Virus record (IMG/VR): IMGVR_UViG_3300023184_000030
Location: 1 to 64,000 of that record
Length of the DNA stretch: 64,000 bases
Source: a virus
Strand: one strand, 5' to 3'
Shown: positions 47,232-56,379 of the stretch, one piece after another
Layout: each line of letters starts with the position of its first letter
Numbering within the stretch: the stretch's first letter is position 1
Position numbers and translations under genes: made by a program
Notes under the pieces: model-generated
What the model was told of the DNA's origin: nothing
Seen by the model: the letters and a program-made list of their open reading frames with translations, nothing else
The model's database searches: none

Positions 47232-47804
47232 TTAGAAATATCTTTCTTCGAAAAATAAAAGATCTAATTTGTTGTCAATGTTAATTAGCATAAGAGCATT
47301 TAGTAGATCTGAGTATTCCCCAACAGCTTCATTTTGTATATCGACATACTTTTGGATGAAATTGAATGTTGCTGGGTGAACTTCACAAAGTGCATGTTGC
47401 ATAGCAGCATAATTCTGAAGTAATTTATATTCGATGTCGTATGCCTCGTCAATAATGTTAACCAAAGAATCAAATTCATTGGGTACGATTACTGCAGGAA
47501 TTTGGGGAAGTATATTCCACTGTGTTAAATAATCCTGTAGACCTTTAGCATGATCCAATTCAGATGCTGCCTCAGCTTCAAAATAAGCAGTTGCTTTTTT
47601 GTAATTTGCGTTTCTACACCAGTTAGCTGCATTTCTGTATGTATAGTGAGCAGTATATTCATCTGCTATTCTTTTTTCGAATACTGCAACGATATCAGCA
47701 GGAAGAGATTTTGGTGTGCTGATCATCGGTGTAGCTGTTATTTCTACCCCTTCTAGCTCTAGCCCTTCATTAGTACCGCCTTTGAAATGTTTAAATGTTT
47801 TCAT
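47232..47804 (-). CDS. Ferritin-like protein with capsid-targeting-like N-terminus
   Basis: DEYTAHYTY, F...A.SE.DH, IE, Q.E ferroxidase pattern; start MKTFKHF; GATATATA at 47827-47834. Confidence 0.85.
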   Translation of the reverse strand: MKTFKHFKGGTNEGLELEGVEITATPMISTPKSLPADIVAVFEKRIADEYTAHYTYRNAANWCRNANYKKATAYFEAEAASELDHAKGLQDYLTQWNILPQIPAVIVPNEFDSLVNIIDEAYDIEYKLLQNYAAMQHALCEVHPATFNFIQKYVDIQNEAVGEYSDLLNALMLINIDNKLDLLFFEERYF

Positions 47805-47835
47805 GTATTAACTTTTTTTACATTACTATATATCA

Positions 47836-47869
47836 CAAAAAAAGCCAGGATAATCAAATCCTGGCTTTT
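47836..47869. terminator. Intrinsic terminator after dnaK
   Basis: AAAAAGCCAGGAT/ATCCTGGCTTTTT. Confidence 0.75.
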
Positions 47870-47888
47870 TAATAATTAATATAGTGTA

Positions 47889-49772
47889 TTACTTGATTTC
47901 TTCGTACTCTACATCTTGTAGATCTTCCGCACTATCGGAGGTTTGTTCAGAAGGTGCTTCAGTTGCTTGAGCTTGCTGATCTGCTGCGTATACAGCAGAA
48001 GCTATCTCATTCATCTTATCTGAAAGGGCCTTCATTGTAGATTCGATAGCATCTAAATCGTCACTGTCCATGATTTTTCTTAATTCTTCTATTTTATCAG
48101 AAATCTCTTGTTTATCCGAATCACTTACTTTGTCTCCAAAGTCGCTAATCGCTTTTTCCATTTGGAAACACATAGAAGAAGCCTCATTAGAAAGCTGTGA
48201 TTTTCTTAGCCTCACTTTATCTGCCTCTGCATTTGCTTCAGCATCATTTTTCATTTTTTCGATTTCTTCGTCGGTTAACTTAGATCCGGATTCAATTCTG
48301 ATATTTTGTACTTTACCTGTTCCCTGGTCTTTAGCAGAAACCTTGATGATACCGTTAGCATCAATATCAAATGTAACCTCGATCTTAGGAATACCTCTCA
48401 TTGATGGTGGGATATCGGTTAATTGAAATCTTCCAAGTGATCTATTATCGATAGCCATTGCTCTTTCCCCTTGTAATACGTGGATTTCCACTGCTGGCTG
48501 ATTATCTGCAGCGGTAGAAAATACTTCACTCTTTGTTACGGGAATAGTAGTATTGGATTCTATCAATTTGGTAAATACACCACCTACTGTTTCGATACCT
48601 AATGAAAGAGGGGTAACGTCTAATAAAAGAACGTCCTTAATATCACCAGCTAAAACACCTCCTTGAATAGCAGCACCAATAGCTACCACCTCATCGGGAT
48701 TAACCCCCTTAGAAGGTTTTTTACCAAAAAGTTTTTCAACCTCTTCTTGTACCTTAGGTATTCTTGTAGATCCACCTACTAGGATAACCTCATCAACTTG
48801 AGCAGCTGTTAATCCCGCATCTTTCAGTGCTTTCTTACAAGGTCCTAGAGTTCTTTTAATTAGGTCCTCGCACATAGACTCAAATTGAGCTCTAGATAAT
48901 TTTTTTACAAAGTGCTTAGGTCCGTTTGAATCCGCACTTAAATAAGGAAGATTAATTTCCGTCTCGGTAGAAGCAGAAAGTTCAACTTTTGCTTTCTCTG
49001 CGCCTTCTCTAATTCTTTGATAAGCCATAGGATCTTTAGAAGCATCCACACCAGTTTCATCTTTAAATGCAGCAACTACCCAATCAATAATCATCTCATC
49101 AAAGTTGTCACCACCTAAGTGGGTATCGCCGTTTGTAGAAAGAACCTCAAATACTCCAGATCCTATTTCCAGGATCGAAACGTCAAATGTACCACCACCT
49201 AAGTCATATACTGCAACCTTAAGATCTTTATCCCCTTTATCCAAGCCATAAGCTAAAGCAGCTGCTGTTGGCTCGTTAATAATTCTTAATACTTCTAAAC
49301 CTGCAATCTCACCTGCTTCTTTTGTCGCCTGTCTTTGACTATCATTAAAATATGCAGGTACAGTGATGACTGCTTGTTTAATTTCTTCACCCAAATAATC
49401 CTCTGCTGTTTTTCTTAGATTCTGTAGAACCATAGCTGAAATCTCTTGCGGAACGTATTCCTTTCCGTTTGCTTCCACAATTACTTTTCCTTTAGAGTCC
49501 TTAACTTTATAAGGCATCTTCTTTGCCTCATTTTTAATCTCACTGTACTGTGATCCGATAAATCTCTTTACTGAATAAACAGTGTTCTCGGGATTAGTAA
49601 CCGCTTGTCTCTTTGCAGAGTCTCCGATTCTAATGTCACCGTCTTTAAAAGAAACCACACTAGGTGTAGTTCTTTTCCCCTCCGAGTTAACAATAACTAC
49701 GGGTGTGCTTCCTTCAATTACAGAAACACATGAATTTGTTGTTCCTAGGTCAATACCAATTACTTTTGCCAT
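47889..49772 (-). CDS. dnaK: Chaperone DnaK (Hsp70)
   Basis: [37 protein letters not shown]; start ATG 49772. Confidence 0.98.
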   Translation of the reverse strand: MAKVIGIDLGTTNSCVSVIEGSTPVVIVNSEGKRTTPSVVSFKDGDIRIGDSAKRQAVTNPENTVYSVKRFIGSQYSEIKNEAKKMPYKVKDSKGKVIVEANGKEYVPQEISAMVLQNLRKTAEDYLGEEIKQAVITVPAYFNDSQRQATKEAGEIAGLEVLRIINEPTAAALAYGLDKGDKDLKVAVYDLGGGTFDVSILEIGSGVFEVLSTNGDTHLGGDNFDEMIIDWVVAAFKDETGVDASKDPMAYQRIREGAEKAKVELSASTETEINLPYLSADSNGPKHFVKKLSRAQFESMCEDLIKRTLGPCKKALKDAGLTAAQVDEVILVGGSTRIPKVQEEVEKLFGKKPSKGVNPDEVVAIGAAIQGGVLAGDIKDVLLLDVTPLSLGIETVGGVFTKLIESNTTIPVTKSEVFSTAADNQPAVEIHVLQGERAMAIDNRSLGRFQLTDIPPSMRGIPKIEVTFDIDANGIIKVSAKDQGTGKVQNIRIESGSKLTDEEIEKMKNDAEANAEADKVRLRKSQLSNEASSMCFQMEKAISDFGDKVSDSDKQEISDKIEELRKIMDSDDLDAIESTMKALSDKMNEIASAVYAADQQAQATEAPSEQTSDSAEDLQDVEYEEIK

Positions 49773-49876
49773 TTGTTTTAAATTTATTATTTTTAGTTGA
49801 TTTTTGAGAAAAGATTCCACTACTTGATCATATTCTCTAAAGTAAGTTATCAAAATGAGTTCCGAAAGTAATTAAA

Positions 49877-49920
49877 AGACATTTTGTCTTCTATATTATA
49901 CCTATGCAGACATTTTGTCT
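49877..49920. promoter_or_regulatory. Tandem palindromic sites upstream of dnaK
   Basis: AGACATTTTGTCT at 49877-49889 and 49908-49920. Confidence 0.55.
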
Positions 49921-49932
49921 ACTAAAGACCAC

Positions 49933-49958
49933 AAAAAAACCCCATAATTACGGGGTTT
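49933..49958 (-). terminator. Intrinsic terminator
   Basis: AAACCCC/GGGGTTT stem + T-run. Confidence 0.55.
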
Positions 49959-50022
49959 AGAATTTTAACTTTTTATGTCTAATCCGGTTGGGTAACCATA
50001 TTGTTTACATAATAAAATCTAT

Positions 50023-50844
50023 TTATTTGAATATTTTTTTAATATCCTCTTTTTTCTCTAAGAAACGTGCAACATCATTTTGGAATGACTTAAATAGCTC
50101 ATCGTCGCTTTCCTTGTACGATTTACCTGTAAATAATTCAAGATATCTCATTGCATTTAGAGTTGATTTTCTAGTATTATCACCATAATCAGAATTTTTT
50201 AGATCATCCTTATCGATCATTCCAATCTCAGAAAGTCTTTCCTTATATTTTTTAACCGCATCTTTATCAGGATCCTTAGATGTAAATGTTAAAATACCTT
50301 TCTTATCTTCTTTCTTATCACCTTTATCCTTTAGAGCTTCAACTTTTTTTATTTCCTCTTTTTTCTTAGCAATAACCTTTGAAGCCTCGATTTTATAAAG
50401 TTTTTCTTCATCCTCATCAGCCTCGTCTTTCTTTGGTAATTCATCATAAGAATCCTCTTTAACACCGGCTATGGCATATGCTACGTAACTTCCGTCAGAA
50501 TTCATTTTAAATAACCTTGTATCTCTTAACGTAGTAGAATTAGCTTCACCGGATAGAGATTTGCCATCTTTTTCAAGCTTGGATTTAAGATTAATAAAAG
50601 ACGCCCCGCGTGCAGATTCAATGGCTTGACCCATATCTGGTGATTTTGCTTCGCCAAAAGCTTTATATTTACTGCCCTTGCACTCATCCTCCATTTTTTT
50701 CTTAACAGATTCAGCGTCATCCTCTTTTTTTATTTCCTCTGGCTTTGGATCTTTTTCTTTTTTAAACTTATTTTTTAGCTTAGCAAAAAACCCCGAGCCC
50801 TCTTTTTCGTTTAAAAATCTATCAAAATCTAATACTTTTTCCAT
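50023..50844 (-). CDS. Highly charged protein with capsid-targeting-like N-terminus
   Basis: MEKVLDFDRFLNEK. Confidence 0.7.
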   Translation of the reverse strand: MEKVLDFDRFLNEKEGSGFFAKLKNKFKKEKDPKPEEIKKEDDAESVKKKMEDECKGSKYKAFGEAKSPDMGQAIESARGASFINLKSKLEKDGKSLSGEANSTTLRDTRLFKMNSDGSYVAYAIAGVKEDSYDELPKKDEADEDEEKLYKIEASKVIAKKKEEIKKVEALKDKGDKKEDKKGILTFTSKDPDKDAVKKYKERLSEIGMIDKDDLKNSDYGDNTRKSTLNAMRYLELFTGKSYKESDDELFKSFQNDVARFLEKKEDIKKIFK

Positions 50845-50849
50845 GCTCT

Positions 50850-51311
50850 TTATTTATTTTTCCTTTTTTTCTTTACGAACTCAAGGTAGTTATCAACAGT
50901 CTTTGCTTTTTTATTCTTAGCTGCTCCTGTTCCCGCAGTAAGACTTGTAAATTTGTCGCCTGATCCATTATTAGCTGAATTGTAAAATCCGCTATTAGTT
51001 GCACCTGCTGCGCTAGGTGGAGATGGATTACCCATTCCTGATACATTACCTAATGTAGCTAATCCCGGAGCTGGAGCTGCCGCACCCATATCTTCGTTCA
51101 TTTTATCTTCGTCCATACCTTTAGCTTTAAGATATTCTTTTAGCTGCCAGCATTCTACGCAGTAATCATTCTCGTTTAACCATTCTGTAACGGCTTTAAC
51201 GTATTGTTCTGAAGATTCGCATTCATCGATAATGTTATCCAATTCTTCTTCCTCATCCATCATACAGATTAAGGTTTTTCCGTTTGGTAATTGTCCTGTT
51301 GGGTGAAACAT
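50850..51311 (-). CDS. Hypothetical protein (Gly/Ala-rich tail)
   Basis: Internal MNED; C-terminal VDNYLEFV motif. Confidence 0.65.
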   Translation of the reverse strand: MFHPTGQLPNGKTLICMMDEEEELDNIIDECESSEQYVKAVTEWLNENDYCVECWQLKEYLKAKGMDEDKMNEDMGAAAPAPGLATLGNVSGMGNPSPPSAAGATNSGFYNSANNGSGDKFTSLTAGTGAAKNKKAKTVDNYLEFVKKKRKNK

Positions 51312-51315
51312 ATTA

Positions 51316-51546
51316 TTAGTCTAAGATTTGTTTTATGTTGCTTTTAAAAATACGAACTATATTACCGTCCGGATTCTTTGTGATATATCCTATTATATCA
51401 TTGTATATATCATATATGGGGGACTGTATTAGTAGTTTTCTGTTTAGGTTGTCCAGTATCCATTTATTTAGGATTTTGCTTTCCTCCTTTGACATATCCC
51501 TTTTAATGGGTTCAAACTCAAATCCGCTTGCTGAACAATTACACAT
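51316..51546 (-). CDS. Hypothetical protein
   Basis: Packed ORF. Confidence 0.55.
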   Translation of the reverse strand: MCNCSASGFEFEPIKRDMSKEESKILNKWILDNLNRKLLIQSPIYDIYNDIIGYITKNPDGNIVRIFKSNIKQILD

Positions 51547-51971
51547 TATCTATAATTACCTCTTTCTTGTTTGCGTTTAATATACTGCCAAAGATATCTT
51601 AATCCCTTTGCATACTCGGAAGGTCTACTAAAGGGCTTGCCGAAGTCTTTTATATCGTTTCCGTTACCCTCCATTCTTTCCCCTGGATTATCCTCGTTCT
51701 TTAGCGGATTATATCTTCTAACCTTTCCCGTTGGATGAATAGTGTAGAATACTTTATCGTGGCCCTTCTCGTTTTTATTATTTGTTGATCTAACGAATTT
51801 TAGGGTGTTATTGATTTCCTGCTGGTGCGAGGTATCCTCTTTGAAGCCAAGCTCTATTAGTCTTTTATAGTCAACAGTTTTTCTAACAAGATCAAGGTTT
51901 AAAGATCTTCTAGAGTCGGATTTGTATTCCTCATCCGGACTATATTTTTCATACTCTAATAGAAACTTCAT
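51546..51971 (-). CDS. Hypothetical protein with capsid-targeting-like N-terminus
   Basis: MKFLLEYEKY; AATATATA upstream. Confidence 0.65.
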   Translation of the reverse strand: MKFLLEYEKYSPDEEYKSDSRRSLNLDLVRKTVDYKRLIELGFKEDTSHQQEINNTLKFVRSTNNKNEKGHDKVFYTIHPTGKVRRYNPLKNEDNPGERMEGNGNDIKDFGKPFSRPSEYAKGLRYLWQYIKRKQERGNYR

Positions 51972-51982
51972 GCTCTATATAT

Positions 51983-52390
51983 TTACTTTAGTTCATCAGG
52001 TTTCATGCGGTTACCCTGACCCCAGTAATCCTCACCGCCATAAAAAGTGCAAATCTCTTCATTCTGCTCTATATCTCTAATTGCATAGAAGAAAAAAGTC
52101 TCCCTTGGTTCAGAACTTTTCCATGCTGCATTCGGAGAATTTGAGTGGTTGTAAAGTGCACCGTATCCTGTTGGGATAACCTGTTTGTTTGGGGAAGCAC
52201 TAGGCCACATAAATCGATAGTGCTCTAATACGTGCCAGCATGATTCGTTTACATGGAGATCCAGTCCTATAACTGTGCATTCTTCTATGATCTCTCCCTT
52301 CCCGATTTTTGATTTAGCAAAAACACCATAGCCATGAATTGGGCTAGGCGACACGTAAACTTTCTCTGGTAAATAAATTTGTACTGCCAT
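51983..52390 (-). CDS. SET-domain protein-lysine methyltransferase
   Basis: SPIHGYGVFA...I.KGE, YNHSNSPN, AIRDIEQNEEICTFYG. Confidence 0.9.
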   Translation of the reverse strand: MAVQIYLPEKVYVSPSPIHGYGVFAKSKIGKGEIIEECTVIGLDLHVNESCWHVLEHYRFMWPSASPNKQVIPTGYGALYNHSNSPNAAWKSSEPRETFFFYAIRDIEQNEEICTFYGGEDYWGQGNRMKPDELK

Positions 52391-52450
52391 TTAATCTGTT
52401 TTTAAGTATAGATTATACACACAAAAAAGAAAACTGTTCCGGCTTAAGTT

Positions 52451-52840
52451 TTATTTAGAGTTCACCCAATCTCTGTAATCTTTCAGATTTTCTAAATTCT
52501 TTTTGCCCTTCTTCTTTTGCTTAGCGTCAGGATCAAGAAAAGGTACTATTTTTCCTGGGCCTTTTGGCTGGAACGTCGGAATACCTTCAGATCCAACAGG
52601 TTCTAAGCTAACCGGCATATCGCCAATAACTTCTTCATTTACCCCTTCATCAACATGATGAGGTAAGTTCTTATGTTTTGTAGAAGCATATTTCTGAAGC
52701 TCTTTCTTAGTCATACTATCAGCAAGATTCATAATGGCTTTCTTGTATTTTGGATTGAGATCAGAAGGCTCTATTGCTCCCACTTTTATTGCATAGGCCT
52801 GAGCCATTAATCTCTGTTGTGCTGTACTTACTGCTGGCAT
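52451..52840 (-). CDS. Conserved phage protein (DUF3008-like)
   Basis: MPAVSTAQQRLM...M..KEL..YASTKHKNLP; GATATATA at 52865-52872. Confidence 0.7.
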   Translation of the reverse strand: MPAVSTAQQRLMAQAYAIKVGAIEPSDLNPKYKKAIMNLADSMTKKELQKYASTKHKNLPHHVDEGVNEEVIGDMPVSLEPVGSEGIPTFQPKGPGKIVPFLDPDAKQKKKGKKNLENLKDYRDWVNSK

Positions 52841-52885
52841 CTCTTTATTGATTTTTTTGTGATCTATATATCACAAAAAAAGGAC

Positions 52886-53125
52886 TTATAAATATAAGTC
52901 CTTTTGTTTTTTGTCCCATTCACTTTGTGTTATGGGCTTAGAGGATAAATCCCAATTCTTATCTGGATTGATAATTTTCTTTTTAGATTTGTACCAGTCA
53001 TTGAAGGTCCAAATAAATCGATTATATCCTTTGCCGACTAAGGCAAATCCAGTGTCCCCTGGTTGAATAGCTATTGGCGATTGAGGGGGAGGATAAAATT
53101 TTGTTTCAGAATTACTCTTCGACAT
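52886..53125 (-). CDS. Small protein, paralogue of 53112-53297
   Basis: YPPP...IQPGDTGFALV. Confidence 0.6.
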   Translation of the reverse strand: MSKSNSETKFYPPPQSPIAIQPGDTGFALVGKGYNRFIWTFNDWYKSKKKIINPDKNWDLSSKPITQSEWDKKQKDLYL

Positions 53126-53297
53126 TTTCTTTATTCTCTTTTTTTGACCAATCAGAAAAATTCATGATTGTGTCTCCTTCAAAAGCTTTATCAAAAGCTT
53201 TTTTAACTAGAGCATAGCCTTTATCACCTTTTTGGATTTTCCTAATGGTTTTTGGCGGTGTATAAGAACTTGTTTCAGGATTCTTTGTTTTTGACAT
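53112..53297 (-). CDS. Small protein, paralogue of 52886-53125
   Basis: YTPP...IQKGDKGYALV. Confidence 0.6.
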   Translation of the reverse strand: MSKTKNPETSSYTPPKTIRKIQKGDKGYALVKKAFDKAFEGDTIMNFSDWSKKENKENVEE

Positions 53298-53299
53298 TT

Positions 53300-53509
53300 T
53301 TAGTTGCCTACGACAGCCTCTATTTTTGATTTCGTAACTTGAGTTGTCTCAAATCCTCCAACTGAACCATCTAAGTATTCAGCCATTTTAGTTTCTACAT
53401 CAAGAACAGATTCACCAGATACTAAGAATTCTGCTTTTTTATAAACAGGATCTCCGTTCTTGTTAACCTCTCCAGATTCGAAACTTGTTTTAACTACGTA
53501 ATAGCTCAT
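53300..53509 (-). CDS. DUF4494-like protein
   Basis: YVVK..F....KNG....KAEFLV..ESV..VE.K pattern recalled from Bacteroidota DUF4494. Confidence 0.55.
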   Translation of the reverse strand: MSYYVVKTSFESGEVNKNGDPVYKKAEFLVSGESVLDVETKMAEYLDGSVGGFETTQVTKSKIEAVVGN

Positions 53510-53534
53510 TAGATTTTTAGTTTTAAAAGGTTAA

Positions 53535-53714
53535 TTAAGCTTTTTTGTTTTTAAACTCTTGCACTTCTAATCTAAGGTCTTGAGCAAGTTTTTTAAGTTC
53601 TTGCATAGCTTGTCTTACTCTCGTACCAGCTGATCCGTTACCTTTGTCGAAAAACTTTTCAACGTCACCTTGAGTGCTTTCGATTAATGCTTTGATTTGT
53701 TCGAATTTTTCCAT
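53535..53714 (-). CDS. Histone H1-like nucleoid protein Hc1 (59 aa, not in track)
   Basis: MEKFEQIKALIESTQGDVEKFFDKGNGSAGTRVRQAMQELKKLAQDLRLEVQEFKNKKA; KGN.SAGTR.R signature. Confidence 0.85.
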   Translation of the reverse strand: MEKFEQIKALIESTQGDVEKFFDKGNGSAGTRVRQAMQELKKLAQDLRLEVQEFKNKKA

Positions 53715-53774
53715 GATTTTTTTTTGTTTTTTAATTGTTATTATTTATACTTGTTTATTACTGATTGTTTCGCC

Positions 53775-54338
53775 TTATCTGCTAATTAACACAGATTTTT
53801 TTGTTGATCCTTGTTGAACTGACCAATTTTCTCCCAAGTAAGAGATGATAATAGATTTCATAAACTCAATATATTCTCCCTTGCCATCGAATTCTAAATT
53901 GTCCTGTATTTCATCATATATTCTATTGATCTTAGGATTTGCTTCTAGGTAGCTGCTTAAACATTTTGATGCATATTCCATTATTCTAGAAACCTCGTTT
54001 CCTCCTGCTTTGAACTTCATAGTGTTAGGCTGCGGAACTTCCTCTTTCTCTACCGCTATGTCTTCTATTAATTCATGGGAAATCTCATTTAATGTAAGTA
54101 CACAGTATGAATTTTTAGGTCCATCTATAACTTCATTATTAGAGTATTTACCGATTATGAAATGAAATCCTTTTTCATCTCCACCTTTTTCGTCTTCTAT
54201 ATTAAAGAAGTAGTTGTAAAGATCACCATTTTTTACCAACAGGAAAGGTGAAGTTCCGAATCCATCCGATTCATGCATAGATCTTGAATCCTGATCATTT
54301 ATTTTGAATTGTTCGAATGTAGATATTATTCTTCCCAT
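53775..54338 (-). CDS. Hypothetical protein with capsid-targeting-like N-terminus
   Basis: MGRIISTFEQFKIND. Confidence 0.65.
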   Translation of the reverse strand: MGRIISTFEQFKINDQDSRSMHESDGFGTSPFLLVKNGDLYNYFFNIEDEKGGDEKGFHFIIGKYSNNEVIDGPKNSYCVLTLNEISHELIEDIAVEKEEVPQPNTMKFKAGGNEVSRIMEYASKCLSSYLEANPKINRIYDEIQDNLEFDGKGEYIEFMKSIIISYLGENWSVQQGSTKKSVLISR

Positions 54339-54347
54339 TTTTTGATT

Positions 54348-56369
54348 TTATTTTTCTATATTTTCTTTTAAAGCTTTCGTCTCAAGCTCTGCAATTTCGC
54401 TCTCTGTTATAATCTCTTCAGATTCTTTAATTCCCTTTCCGTTAATCGAAGAAAGTAAACTATTATAGAATGAAGAAACCCCCTGAGGTACAAGCTTTTT
54501 AAATGCTAGGAAATCTTCGTTCCCTATGGAATTTCTAATTTCATTTCCTGTTGTTGTTCTTGGAGTTTCCACAACTTCTATTTCTCCGGGAAAATCACCA
54601 CCAGCTTTTTTAAGATATTCAGACTGTTTCTTATAATCTTCTACCCTATCATCACCAGCTCCTATCAGATTAACCTGATATCCCATTTTTTTTGCTATAC
54701 CGTATATAACACCCAATAACCCTTTTTTAGTTGTAAAGTATCCCTCGATTAGTCCAGGGTGATCTTTAACTACTGCTTCCATATATTTGCCAATAAGATC
54801 CTCGTTAAATGGGGATTTCCCCGATTTATTATGTCCAGGATTAACTACAGCAACTATACTAGGTAAACCATTTTTCTCTTTAAGAAATTTTGCCATCTTT
54901 ATATGGCCGTTGTGGAAAGGCTGAAATCTGCCAACCAAAATATTAACTCCCTTAAGCTCTGGCTTTTTGTCTTCATCCTTTTCATCTAATTTAGGTTTTT
55001 CTATATCCTTCTTAGTTGTATCTATTGTTTCCAAAGCCGAGATAAATTCATTATATGAATAGAAGTGATCATCATCCTTAGTGCTCTCTTCAGATTCACT
55101 GGTTACATAATCAACTTTTCTAGGCTTTAAATTATTCTTTTTAAAATCTAAGAATGAAGGCATTTCTGACTCCATCACAGCAGGTTTTTTTGTTTTAGTC
55201 TCTACCCTTTTTTCTATTGATGATACGAGTAAATTGAATTGGTCTATTATACCAGGTGTGATTATTCCGCCTGCTCTCTTTTTAATCTTTCTGAATGAAT
55301 TAAGTATAAGCTTAAATAGGGATTCGAAAGCTTCATCTTCTTCCAAATACTTTAGTACTCTTCTGTCAGTTATAAGATTCCTATTTAGTCTAAAGTCTTC
55401 CTTCTTTAAATACTCAGGCTCTTGAAAATCTGCCCCTTTGTATTTGTATCCATATTCGTCTAGGAATTTAGAGAATACATCAGAAATAAAAGAAATATAT
55501 CTCTCATCCTCGGTAGTTCCTGCTATTTCAAAAGTATCCACACCATTTTCTAGTATGAAGTTCATCACGTCCAGTATAGTAATACCTAAGAAATCGCTAG
55601 GTTTTTCCTCTGTTCTTTTCTTAGCCTTTGATTTTGCAAGCTCAGTAAAAACTGGATCTACCATTTTAGATAATATAGGTTCTTGCTCTTCGTCTTCTTC
55701 ACCAAATCTAAATACTATTCCTTCTATTGCCTTTTCCAAATCTGTATTCAGAGCAGTCTTTTTTAATTCCGGATTAAGTACCCCGATAATAAAAACAACA
55801 AAACTTCTTGTTTTATATTCAGTTACAAGTTCTTCGAAAGGAGTTCTTAGAAAATCCAGTATTCTGTCTTTCTGCTCCTTTTCAAGATATCCCTGAAAAA
55901 TAATAGGTGGTCTTTCAACACCTAATAGATCTGCCCAAGTATCTAGGTCATTCTTACCCTGGATCGTTCCCTTAGGTTTTCCACTAGAATCTTTCTTATG
56001 AACATAAGAAAGTATTAAATTGTTCTTAGGAACTTCATCATAGACAATCTCAACCGGAGCACTATTTGCAAAGTACTCTAATCCAAATCTCCATCCTCTG
56101 GGGATTTCGTTTATTATATGGGGAGGCAGTGATTCGATATACTGTATTGGTTTTTCGTAGTACTTCATTAAAGTCCTATCTACCAAGGTTATCGGATTTC
56201 TCTGATCTCTCTTATAAAAATTAAATTTGCCTGTTTCACTATCCCTTTCGAATATGAAAGCAGACCCGTCCATCTTCTCGTTAACGGTAACATAAGTATT
56301 GAAAAGATTATCAACGAAATCTTTTCCTTTCTTATTATAGAGATCATATAAATGACTAATTCCTGCCAT
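54348..56369 (-). CDS. Fusion: ligase-like covalent nucleotidyltransferase domain + HIGH-type cytidylyl/adenylyltransferase
   Basis: VNEKMDGS (motif I KxDG), EGIVFR (motif IV); C-terminal VGRFQPFHNGH, SPF, GDDR, TGNEIR. Confidence 0.75.
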   Translation of the reverse strand: MAGISHLYDLYNKKGKDFVDNLFNTYVTVNEKMDGSAFIFERDSETGKFNFYKRDQRNPITLVDRTLMKYYEKPIQYIESLPPHIINEIPRGWRFGLEYFANSAPVEIVYDEVPKNNLILSYVHKKDSSGKPKGTIQGKNDLDTWADLLGVERPPIIFQGYLEKEQKDRILDFLRTPFEELVTEYKTRSFVVFIIGVLNPELKKTALNTDLEKAIEGIVFRFGEEDEEQEPILSKMVDPVFTELAKSKAKKRTEEKPSDFLGITILDVMNFILENGVDTFEIAGTTEDERYISFISDVFSKFLDEYGYKYKGADFQEPEYLKKEDFRLNRNLITDRRVLKYLEEDEAFESLFKLILNSFRKIKKRAGGIITPGIIDQFNLLVSSIEKRVETKTKKPAVMESEMPSFLDFKKNNLKPRKVDYVTSESEESTKDDDHFYSYNEFISALETIDTTKKDIEKPKLDEKDEDKKPELKGVNILVGRFQPFHNGHIKMAKFLKEKNGLPSIVAVVNPGHNKSGKSPFNEDLIGKYMEAVVKDHPGLIEGYFTTKKGLLGVIYGIAKKMGYQVNLIGAGDDRVEDYKKQSEYLKKAGGDFPGEIEVVETPRTTTGNEIRNSIGNEDFLAFKKLVPQGVSSFYNSLLSSINGKGIKESEEIITESEIAELETKALKENIEK

Positions 56370-56379
56370 GCTTTAAATT

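Noticed and set aside
54348-54960. Firm call as NMN adenylyltransferase of an NAD reconstitution pathway
   Set aside because: The HIGH motif is shared by many transferases and no NAMPT or ADPR-PP synthetase partner is in the window; kept only as a hypothesis
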